Shown here: positions 24,145 through 35,721 of the stretch, in pieces
Layout of the letters: each line of letters starts with the position of its first letter
Numbering within the stretch: the first letter of the stretch is position 1
NCBI RefSeq assembly: GCF_964204865.1
Contig: NC_135250.1
Span: 9,486,001-9,550,000, forward strand
DNA: 64,000 nucleotides
Origin: Styela clava
Lineage: Eukaryota
Direction of reading: 5' to 3'
Program-made: the position numbers and the translations under genes
The notes under the pieces: generated by a model
Told to the model about the DNA's origin: nothing
Seen by the model: only the letters and a program-made list of their open reading frames with translations
The model's database searches: none

Positions 24145-27100
24145 TTATGCAGCAAGGCCTTTTGCTTTGAGAAAAGCAGCTTGAGTTGGATCTCTACCAA
24201 GAAAATTTCTCAGCATTTCACTTGCATCCTTAGATCCACCTGGTTTTAAAATTTTCTCTCTGTAATCTCGACCGACGGTAGTATCGAAAATACCTTCAGA
24301 TTTGAATCTAGAATAAGATGAACACGATTATAGCGATTCCGAACCTTAGATCCAGAAAAAAACAAATCCACCAAAAAACGAAGTTCGGAAATAAAATTGT
24401 AACTCTTAACTCCAGGGGTTCCCAAACCGAGGGCCAAATCTGGCCCGGGTAACGATTTAAAATGGCCTGCCGAGCTTGAGTGAAATAGTGAAAGTTTTAG
24501 TGAATGTCAGCGTTCGTATTTCTGCATTGATTTCTGCAAAAGAATCAAACTTCAGCGATTTGTTCACTTTACCAACGAACTATTCCAGTTCTGAAGAAAT
24601 ACGACGTTAAGCGCCATTATGAGTCAAACAAACATGTTTCAAAAAATTTCAAATGTGAATCCACTGAACCCCAGCTAAACAGTCGCGCACTTTCGGGCAC
24701 TACACTCTTCCAGCCCGCGAACATCCTCCCCATTCTAATTTTGGCCCACGGCCAATGAAGTTTGGGAACCCCTGCTCTATACGTATAGCCAATCAAACTG
24801 TTACCTCGAGTGATACATGTCATAGCAGAAGACTTCACTCCACAGATAACCATAGTATTGAGCATCGTACCCTCCTCCAAGATGTCCAAATGTTGCAGGC
24901 ATGCATGTACCTTCAGATGCTGGAATGCCCAATATACTATCACATGCATCTGCATAGACCTGTGTACAAATGTTAAATACCGTAATACTTGATTGTAAAG
25001 TATGCAATTCAATATTCAAAATGGGCCCTCTAAAACTTGAAAGAGAAAATTTCAAAAGAAATTAATGCAATAAACTTCTAGCGACTTCTCTCAATGTACA
25101 AAAATTTGCAATCGATTTGCTTTTAATAATGACAACAACCCAACCCCAACAAATATAACAATTTTGCAAAACAATCCATACATACACTTCACATCCTATA
25201 TTTAGCCATGTTCACAATTCAACTAGCCCAGTACAAACCTTCACTATATCAGCAGAGTCTCTTGTGTGGATGTTAAGATCCAAAGTAGCAAGTGTTATTT
25301 GTCTAAGAAGAAATACTCCAATATTCGCATTTCTTGATTTAACGAGACTGTCCATCATCTCGCTTGGAATTACTGATCCGTCCTGTCATAAAAAAACATT
25401 CTGAACTATGTTGAAGCATAATATTGATTAAGCGCAATGGCATAGTTGTTAGTCTCTGTGTTGGGCAGAAGTATATAAACTCGAGTCGAGTCACATGTCA
25501 TCAGAGGGTCGAGTGGAGGCAATCCTCACTGGCGATGATGGTGAGTATGAGTCATTCCAGTTAAGTGACCCGAGTCCAAATTGGGTCGAGTCAATGACTG
25601 GAGTTTTCAACTCTGGTCAAGTCCAATGACTTGAGTCAATTCAATTACTCGAGTCCAACCTGGGTGAAATCAATAACTCTAGTCTAACCACTTGGGTAAA
25701 GTCAATGACTCAAGTCAAACTCTGGTCGAGTCAATGACTCAAGTCCAACCTGGGTCAAGTTAATTACTCAGGTTCAACGCAAGTCGAGTTAATGACTCGA
25801 GTACAATTTGGGTCGAGTCCAACTCGGGCTGAGTCGAGCCTTCCCAACAATGGATAAATAATGACCCGAGTGGCTTTTCACATAGAGCCTTGGTTGGAGC
25901 AGGCATGTGTAGCCAGAATTTGGACTGCAAGCTCCCAGGAGTCTGCGACAGAATTCTGAAATATTAGGATTGGGAATATCCAACTCAGAAATTCAGTGGG
26001 AATATCAGCATATGTCATAGATAGACAATAAAAGAAGGATTGCAATAAGTCAGGTGTGGATTATTTTACTTCACTCTCTAACTATAGAAAATATGATTCG
26101 TATAAAAATTTGCAAATTTGAAATAACCTATCTTACCTTGTAATGTTTGGACATTCTTTTTACTGCTTCATGTTCCCAACACCAATTTTCAAGCATCTGT
26201 GATGGAGCTTCTACAAAATCTCTTTCAACATTGGTACCGCTAAACAACTGGTATTCAGTCTGGAATAAAAAATTGAAATATGGATTGGTGCAAAGTGCAG
26301 TTTTAGGAGGGCAATTGTTATGGCATGCAACCGCATTGCAGCAGATGGGCGTAGTATTCTAATTGATTTGCATTTTCAAATGTTAATCAAAGTGTTAGAA
26401 TTAACTATGATGGTATCGCAGGTTGAAAATCTCCGCCTACCCAACTTATTATACACTGGGTGAGGTCAGATTTAAACCAGAAATGTGTAACTTGCGACGC
26501 AAACACAATTAAGAACAACACTTCAACCGCTAACCGCTTCAACCTATTGAAGACTTTGCAAAACTTTTTCGTTTCAATTGAGAATCTCCAAAAAATTTGT
26601 AAATTTCAAAATTTCTGTTTCGACTCCGGACTCAAAGAGATATAAAAATACAACAAGTATTCAACGTAAATTTTACCTCTGAACATATTTGATGCATGAC
26701 GTGACCAAATTCATGGAAATAAGTTTCAACTTCACTGTGTTGTAATAAAGATGGAGCATCTGCCGTTGGTTTACTGAAGTTTGCAACCATGGCTGCAACA
26801 GCTGAAAAATAAATAGAAAAAGAATAAAAAAAAATGGAAAAATCATTTAGTGATGATTAGCTATGCCTATTTTACAAGGCCACCGATATGTGAGGAGCTA
26901 TCTTATTTGGGAAGGACCGGATTCTTTCTGGTTAGATATTGCCTACTCGATTTATTTTCGTCTTGTAGCAGTCCATGTCAGGCGTGACAATAATTGATCA
27001 GTTTTTTTTTTCAGAATCCTGGACTTTATATTAGAGGAAGCCATAATGTGTCCAGCCGTTATATGAACCACTTTACAACGGCAAGTCCAGCAATCCTCTC

Positions 27101-30100
27101 ATACATAATTATTCTCCAGAGGGTTTCAAGTAGTGTTGCGATCGCTGGATCTCAGGATTATCAACTAATTCTTCAATCCCGATCCTGGAGTTATTTTGAA
27201 TATAATCCAAGGATTTAATACATGAGGTAGTGCATTTTGTGAATTATACTTTATTTGCATTGTAATTGTAACTAAAAAGAAATTCAAATTTAACCAAAAA
27301 TGTCAAGTTTTGAAGAAATAAGTTCAGAAAGTTTTCTCGTCAGTTTTACGAGAAATGAAAATGACTGTGTGTGTTTTCTTAATTTTTGATGGTGAAAATC
27401 CCAGGAAGTCCCGACCTCAGGATTTCAAATCTGGTCCCAAAATAGTAACCCTAATTTTAAGTCTGTGATTGCTTAGCATGCACAGCAAATATTGATTCAT
27501 ACAAAATCAATAAAAGCAAAAAAACATGGAAATGCTACCAAGCTGTCTCTTCCCATCAGGTTTCAAACATCCTGGCTGTAATCCGAAGCAAGCAGCATGT
27601 CCGTACTTTCCTTCTCTTGGATAAAGATCAAGATAAAATATTCCAATGATATTTTCAGAAACTTTATCAGTCACTGTATACATTGTTACTTCTTCATGCC
27701 AGAGAGTTACACCCTCAACTTTGTTGAATCTGAAAAAAGCGCAAATCACGAATGAAGAATAGTGATCAGCAGTTAAATCTCATTACCTAATTATTCCACA
27801 TACAGAAGTAAACATGATGTAAAAATTGGATTTGAGGGTCAAAGGTGATGTGATACATCAGTACTTTTAATTGAGTAGCAACATCTATGAAGAAGCCAAC
27901 CATGAATATGATATTTCCACTATTACACGTTTAGAAGTAAATAACTGAAGCACCAACAGGAATCATGGCAACAGAAGAGCAAAGAATAAAAAATCAGAGA
28001 TAGTTAAAGGGATAGGGTGCATTAGCTAGTTGTTTTGTCTATGGTACCGTATTCTAACAGAAATTATCAGACAACATTACCCCCCCCCCCCCCCAACCCC
28101 TAAGAAATTTAATTATCTGACTTTGGGACAATCCGAATAAGTCTATCCGAGTCTTTTGTCTTATGCAGAGACAATATTGAAAATTTATATCCATGTTGAT
28201 AAAAAAATGTAGGAAAATATTATCATCAGGAAATCAACAGTTAAATGGGCTGCAATTTTTACATTATATTTTTATATCATATTTTACACTACCCAAATAA
28301 ATAGGAGTTTTTTTTAAGTTTGCAATGTAAATATGTTCGTAAGGACAAGCCAAATTTCACAGATGACAAATCATGACTTATAAATTATAATCAATTTCAT
28401 AAACATGACATACAACTCTATCACAAAATAAATTAGTCTGGTATTATTAAAATAAATAAATATACTTCTGCCAAGTTCGGTGTAAATTTGCATACTTGAT
28501 GCCATGTTTTCTTCTGATTGATTGTAAACTTACATGCAACAAAGTGATTTTTCAGGTTTGCGGGCCAATACCAAAATAAGGTCATATTCATCAATATGAT
28601 AACAAACAAAAATAATTTGAATTGAATTTTGACCAAGGATGTTCGAGCATTTAGATTAAGAATAGGCAAAAGCAAAATAATTTATATTCCTAATGATTAA
28701 AGTGTTAAGACTTAAATATGGTGAAAACGCAGGCCATTTAAAATTGGTTGGCAATATCGTACTAGAAAGAATCTGATCCTTCCAAATTATTGCAGAGGCT
28801 TGATTATTGTAGAGCGAAACGCAAATAAATACGTAGCATAATTAATATTCTAACCCCTAAATAATCCTAAATTCAAGATTTTGGCTATATTAAATATAAC
28901 AAGTTTGACATATAATCGAAACGGTCAAAATCATATATATTAATATTATGATCAAAACCAAGTCCGTATTGAAAGGTCAAGCGATAACCACGTCTTATAT
29001 CATTAATAGCCCATAATATCATGTCAGCGAAAGCAAATGGTGGACAAACATAACATAATTGAAACGGTCATCATATATATTAAAAATCATGATAACCTAA
29101 GTTCATATTGAAAGGTCAAGCGACAGTCACGTCTCGTATCATTAATGTAAGATCAAGCCAGCGGAATCAAAATGATGGATGAACATACTTTAATCCTAAC
29201 AATTCTTGATAAATTTCCAACAATCCGTCAGTAACAACATAGAGAGGGAAATACTGCTTCAATTTTTCTTGATCAACTGCAAATTTTGTTTCCTCAATTT
29301 TGGTCATATAATACCTGCAATATAGACATTCATATTTATCCCAAAAGAAAGGAAAGCTAACAAGATGGAATACCGTAGTAAAACCTAAGCTAAGTAGCTT
29401 ATGATCCATTTTTAAGAAATAGACTTTGTGATCTTCCGTTATTAGGATACAAGGGACCATTTTTGGTCTGGGTTACCAAGCTGTAGTCGTTTTTGATTTC
29501 TATTGTAGATAGTGCTTTATGTCCATTCTCAAGTTTGACTTTTATAACCGAACTAATACAAATATGCATTTTTCTCAAACCTTAAAATGCGACATAAAAT
29601 AATTCGAGTTTACTGCCGTGATATGGTAAATTACTGCAAAATTAACTGCATTAATAATTGCAATATATCATAAAGTAAATCCAGTAAAATGGAAGACATC
29701 ATTGAGAGATTGCCTTGCATTGACTGCCTTAATTAACAATGTTTGTCTACATGTTATACATCAATATATACCAGTAATTCTTTTTATTACTTCAAAATTA
29801 TTACAATTCATTGGTTGTTTCATAAAAAACAATCTTACCTCAAATCCCACATGTTAATTTTTCCATCAAATTCAACACCGAGTTCTTTGCATTCTTCTTC
29901 TTTCAATTTCAACATTTCCTTTCTGTCATATTCACCGAGTGGTTTCAGCTTGGCTGCAACAAAAACAAAACCAACCATTATCAAATTATTCATTATAAAA
30001 AAATAGTGAAAGTAATTATAATGCAGGGCAGGGGAGCTTGTTTAAAATCGTGATGGCTCTACCTCCAGTTAAGTAGCAATAGTACATTCAAACTGTTTAG

Positions 30101-33100
30101 TGTTTTGAATGGAAGTCCCAGCCCAAAATATAAATTTACAAAGTTGTTCAATTTGATAACATTTTGAAATATATCTAGCCTATAGGAAGATAAATTGAAA
30201 AGTTGAAAAAGGTTGTAAAATAGGCAAGATATGAAACCTAATAACAGGTTGCCTTTTACTGTGATGTTAATTATAGAATAATTATGAACAATGAAACTGA
30301 TGATTATCGTAAAATTAGGCAGAGTAAAACTCGTTAAAATTGTTTTTTCAGAGCATTGATTGAAAAATTTGGAAACAAAAAATTGCTGAATGACTGAATA
30401 CCTGAATAGAATATTGGTCTTCGAGTTAATTATCTAATTAGAAAATTTTTTATTCATGCTATCAAATGGATTTCTGAAAGACCAACTACTTTAATTTCTT
30501 CTATGCTTTTGCTCTTGTGCATCTGCTTGCAGGCAATATAGAAGTATATAAAAATCAAAAAGTTCGTACATTTACAATCAGGTCATGTCAAGGACCAAGA
30601 AATAGCTATGAGGTAGTGAATTGCACATAACAGAAGTTCTTGAAAAACAAACAGTGCTTTGCAAGAGACCATTGGACTAGTTCTGACAAACTAGTGTATT
30701 TTAATAATGCTCACCGGCTAAATTTTGAAGAAACGATTTAACATTTTCAGGATTTTTTGCCATTCTCATGTCATGTATGAATGCCGCATGAGTGCTAAAG
30801 TTCAAAATTTTTGCTTTTTCAGCCCTGAGTTTTACAAGTTCAGTCAAGATAGCAGAATTCTCCTGAAACACAGAATGTATAATATTTTAGTTCGACAAAA
30901 TCTAAAACTAAAAGACGTAGAGTCCCTGGTAGTTATGAAATAATCTGGACATTTCCAGTCCCTGTGATGTTTAGGGTGTGCTGAATTGAGGCAGTTTGGA
31001 TGATGGAGCTCTGACTAGATGGCTGAACGTGGTTCGCTTGGCGAGGTTGTACAAATTAGTAATGGGACATTTAAATGCAAGCAGTTTGCTCTAGTCTGGG
31101 GGTGGGCAAGGTTTTCGTACTAGGGGCCAAAAATTTTGCCACTGGACAAGCGGGCCATGTAAGTGTAACGTAAAAAGTTACATTTTAAGAACAATATTTA
31201 CAGTGTTACAAAAGTAAATGCGAAAACAATGAGCCTCATGCCAAAACTAAATTTAATAGCAATCGCAACAAATTCCTTGAGCTTTTTTTAGCTAAAACAT
31301 TAAAATTAGGTTTTAGTTTGGTTGTGGCAGCATCAGGCGGGCCAGATTGAATCATCCAACGGGGGCCAGATTTGGCCCGTTAGTTCAAGACTCTTGCCTA
31401 ACAGATGGTCCCCATAACTACTGGTCCTTCAGCTTCATATAACAGGTAATAGAGACATTGATATCCATCACTTCACGTCAGCAAATTTATTGTTTACCTT
31501 GTGTTCATATGAGTTACCTTCAATAAGTGGCTTATTCTCTTTAGCCTCGATCAAAATGAAAATTTGAAGCGCATCAATTACTGTTACATATCGGTAATTT
31601 AATTCGAATTCAAAATGTAAAAAACTATACTTGCCTCTTTGCATCTAGAATTGAAAGCAATTTCCATTTTCTTTCGTGTACTTTCAACCGAACATTTCTT
31701 CATCAGTGGAAAATAATGTGGATATTTCAATGAAAGTTTGAATTTGCCTTCAGAAGTTTTTTCCAACTCATTCAGGAGGTCTATAAAGCAATAATGTAGC
31801 ATTGAGACTGGAACCAATATAAGTCAAATTTACTATTTCAGTATAAAACACATTATAATAATTATGGTATATTAAATATTATGGGCGATATTACCGGTAA
31901 ATAAAAAAATTTGCACAAGTCTTAGCACATTCATAACTGTTATAATATTAAATAAAGCAAAAAACTAAAATAAAAATTTATTTCATTGATCAGATTATCA
32001 ATGCATACAAAATATTTTCCTGAAAATGATATATTTTAGATTCAAAGTTCAATTCATTTTTTTTTTTATCTTTGACAGTTCTAATTAGAATGTCCTATTA
32101 TGATTGCATTATTATGAACGTACAAATTTATCAAACATGGCATTCCCAGATAAGGCATCCTTCAAAATTTAAATTCAAGAATATTATTTCAAATGCCAAA
32201 CATCAGAAACTTCCTGTTTCGATTGTTTCAGATCACTGAAATTAACAATAATTTTTTGACATAAAATTGGATAATTAGTGTATTTCCAATGAAAGTGAGA
32301 TCAAACCAAGGTCACGAAACAACAAAAACCTTTGATCATCAAAGATCATTGATAAAACAGTCCAGATTCACCACTAAAAATGCAAAGATCATGATTTTTG
32401 AGTAAACTTACAAGCGGCGCCTTAAACTAAACTAAAATATTTCATTTCACTATTGACAGAAAAACAATGATGAAACAAAGAATTATACAGAAGCAGTTCT
32501 TTAAAAAGATTTTAAGAAGTTACTTTGTGAGCGTGAATCTCCATAATAAATTGATGAATGAATATCTGGCACCACTAACCATTTCATGTGTTGCCTTGCC
32601 TATATAAAACATCATACAAAACATTGAGATATGGATATACTCACGAAACTTGTTTGAAAAAAATAGATGAATTGCTTTATAAAAACATACCTTTCGGTAG
32701 TCCTTTCAATTCATCTTCACTGAACTCCCAAGTTGAATTTTCCTCGTTCAAATTCTTTTGAAAATCGATCTCTATTTCGGTTTGTCTTTTCTTAATGGCC
32801 TGAAATATTAACATAAACTCTGCATTGCTATATTTTTTAACGATTCAACTCATTTGATGACCAACACAATATAAAGTGTATTTTCAACTTTTAGTGGAGC
32901 GAGCTATCTATCAAGCAAATATGGTTGGTAGAGCAGTGGTTCTCAAACTTTTCAAGCCCTGTCCCTTTTTTTAGAATTTGTCTCGCACCCCACCTCAAAA
33001 ATAATTAGCTAATAATAAGCTACTAATACCTGATAATGAGGCGAAAGTATGTTTTATCGAAAAAACACGTTGAAAATATGTGTACATAATAAAGAAATGT

Positions 33101-35434
33101 TAACAATAAAGAAACATAAATATCAAAAATAGGGCGGCAAGTTCAAATCTAACAAATATTTTCATTTTTAATTATCTTCATGTCCACTCAAAAATTTGTC
33201 CACTATCGACCCCCCCCCCCTTGTGCCACGCCCCACCGTTTCTGAACCACTGGCCTAACTATTAGATCATTGTACCAAACTGCTATGGCGTCACAAGTTG
33301 AAGTTCTCAGGTAAAAACCCCATGCACACCATCTCACCCTTGGTGAGATAAATTAGGAAGGCAAAGCTGAACCAGAGAAGCCCTGGTCGTTTCTAAAATA
33401 CCCACTCCCTGCGTATCAGTGGAGGTGATACAGAACCTTGTTGGGGTGGAGTTGTATAATTCCTCATGAGAAAGTGTCTAGATGGCATTAAATTCGTAAA
33501 TATTTCTCAATGTTAAAGTGTACCATGACTTTTTCTTGTTCATTTTTTGGCAGACGAAGACCATTCCTTTGTCCTAATTTATTCATTCTAGTAATAAATC
33601 TTCTTGTTTCATCAGATAACTTCATATCCTTTGATTTTTCTTCAAAAGCAACAATGCTTCAAACAACAAATATATGCATGATTGAATATTCATTTCAGAG
33701 AACTCATACATTAGAATTTTTATATAATGTAACATAAATAAATATCCTATAGATTATTGACCAATTTAAGAAATTTTGTTTATTTTCATTTGTCACAGTG
33801 AACAATAGATTGAAAATATATACCGATCATAAATATCTTGTCGCATGCTGGTTTCGATCTCAAAATCCGATAATTTCTTATCACATTCAGTACTTGCATC
33901 TCGCAATGCTTTATCAGGGTGAATACTCTGATAAAAATCCAAGTTACACCTGAAGTATAAAAAGTAATGGATTACACAGTCATATTTTCGTCAGGGGCTC
34001 ACACCGACGAGTTGAAAATTTTGATTTTGACTCTGAACTCAACTCCGACTTCAGCTCTCAACTCTTGACAAAATCAATTTGATAACAAAAACTTTGGGGT
34101 ATAAATGTTTATAGACCATTAAAAACGTTTAGTAAACATAATGCTTTTTGAGTTCCTGTTAAAAAACCACCATCGCGAGTGTGCCGACTAGAAGCAATTA
34201 AAAATTTCGACTCCAAGGTCTCAGACATTCAATACTAACATAATTTCGCCCGTAGCGCCAACATAGCAGTATGTCAAAATTATAGTCACAGTTTTGAGGT
34301 TACCGGTACATTCTAAAACTTACAGGAAATGAGATAGCAGTCAGAGTTTGATTTTCTTGGACTAAGGGCTCAGAATGTGAAGAACCTAAACTTTCAACTA
34401 AAATAGAACAAGGTTGATAGATATGTTTTCCTAATATGACTTCTATTATTGCGAAATCAAAAAATACAGTCAAAGCCAATATTTATCAAGATATCATTCA
34501 GAGCCAAGTGTGTGAATAGAACCATTCTGTCATCGGGTTATAGGTTAAAGTATATTTTGATTTTCCCGCAAGAAAAATCATACACAAAACACAAACAATG
34601 AACACACAGAAGATTGGAAAAATCGGGTCAACTGACAAAACCTTTATACAGGTTTAATACATGCATTATCAAGTACAATATACTTCATTCTCCTCATGAA
34701 CTCGCATTTAAGAACAGCAGATATTCTGAATACTTGAATGCTTCAACTTATGACTCAAATATAAACAAATGAATAAAATTTAAATGTTATTAATAACATT
34801 TGAAAATAATTAGTTAAAAATTCATGCAGGGAAGTATTCACCTTTCAACACTAAACGTGCAATCAGAATCTGCAATCGGCTTTATTGTGTTTTCAAACGT
34901 TACTTCACATAAATCTAGGTTTCCAATCTTGTCATAAAGAGCACGGGTTGTTTCAATCAGCTTTTCAGCTCGTTCTCCAATCTCAGGTGCTGTCATGTCC
35001 CATTTTAGTGACAGGTGTTTTAGAACAGTCTCTGAAATTTAAGGAACAATCAATTCATTAATAAATTGCTGAGACCATTAACATACGAGTGGAGGTAATT
35101 ACTAGTAGCAGTAGTGCTGTATATATGAAAAAAATCTTTGCTCTTACCCAAAGGTAAACAATAACAATGCACTGTGACATGGACAAAACTTCAAATAGTT
35201 GCACTACTTTTAAAGTACAGTAATTTGTGTATAAATCTACAAAACAGTTAAATATTATCCCACAATCTTAAAAACAAACAAACCTTTGTTAATTGCTGCA
35301 GCCGGCATTTTCGTTGTGGAGAAATTTCGTTTTTTCAGGGTAATCCAAGAGAAATTTTGAAATGTGGGAACGTTGGTTCGAGCGATCAAAGAAACTACGC
35401 TTCTTGTAACTTTGATATAACTAGCTGTAAGCAT
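24145..35434 (-). CDS. THOP1: Thimet oligopeptidase / neurolysin-like M3A metallopeptidase with N-terminal mitochondrial presequence
   Basis: ~15 exons (approx. 35434-35284, 35032-34843, 33950-33824, 33656-33525, 32799-32691, 31780-31635, 30862-30716, 29953-29839, 29314-29189, 27729-27539, 26801-26678, 26259-26138, 25382-25239, 24959-24805, 24307-24145). Motifs: [23 protein letters not shown], zinc site [49 protein letters not shown]. Likely co-orthologue of vertebrate THOP1 and NLN. Confidence 0.95.
24413..24774. mobile_element. hAT-type MITE in last THOP1 intron
   Basis: TIRs CAGGGGTTCCCAAAC and GTTTGGGAACCCCTG; TSD not clearly preserved. Confidence 0.7.
25457..25850. repeat. Minisatellite of ~29-30-bp palindromic units, probably inside a MITE
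   Basis: About 8-9 degenerate copies of GGGTCGAGTCAATGACTCGAGTCCAACCT, bounded by TGTTGGG...CCCAACA. Confidence 0.7.
28910..29147. repeat. Local direct duplication (~90-100 bp, 2 copies) in THOP1 intron
   Basis: GAAACGGTCA..ATCATATATATTAA...TATTGAAAGGTCAAGCGA...CACGTCT..TATCATTAAT occurs at ~28918-29006 and ~29061-29146. Confidence 0.75.
31095..31400. mobile_element. hAT-type MITE (degenerate); related inverted copy at ~38880-39112
   Basis: GGGGTGGGCAAGG start, GCGGGCCA motifs, and an internal GTAAAAAGTTAC...TTTACAGT segment shared with the reverse complement of 38880-39112. Confidence 0.55.
32934..33252. mobile_element. hAT-type MITE
   Basis: TIRs CAGTGGTTCTCAAAC and GTTTCTGAACCACTG. Confidence 0.65.
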
Positions 35435-35721
35435 AACCTAAGAAATGAGAATAATGAAAAAATGTGTCTTTATATCACGGAGTTGGCGGAACCAGAAAAA
35501 CTGTACAAATTATAAATCAAAACACACGTCAGTTGACTCCTGAAGCTACACGTGTTCTTAATCGACTCCTTTACGACCTCTCGCGGTTACGTACGTAAAC
35601 AATATAAGAATTGTTATCTGTTCTGTAGTTGGACGGGAGAGACGAGCGTTCAAGATAGTGAATCTTGTAATACAAACCAATTCTGAGGCTGGATAACAAA
35701 TATCCAAATCCGAGTGAAAGT
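35435..35721. promoter_or_regulatory. Compact bidirectional promoter region THOP1/UPRT
   Basis: Divergent start codons at 35434(-) and 35722(+). The interval is CpG-enriched and contains E-box CACGTG (35549-35554) and palindrome TTACGTACGTAA (35587-35598). Confidence 0.7.

Noticed and set aside
25560-25845. CRISPR-like array of ~30-bp palindromic repeats
   Set aside because: Units are contiguous and degenerate with no unique spacers, there are no cas genes, and the array is in a eukaryotic intron.
28910-29147. Duplicated segment as tandem C/D snoRNAs
   Set aside because: No correctly placed C and D (CTGA) boxes on the THOP1 sense strand.
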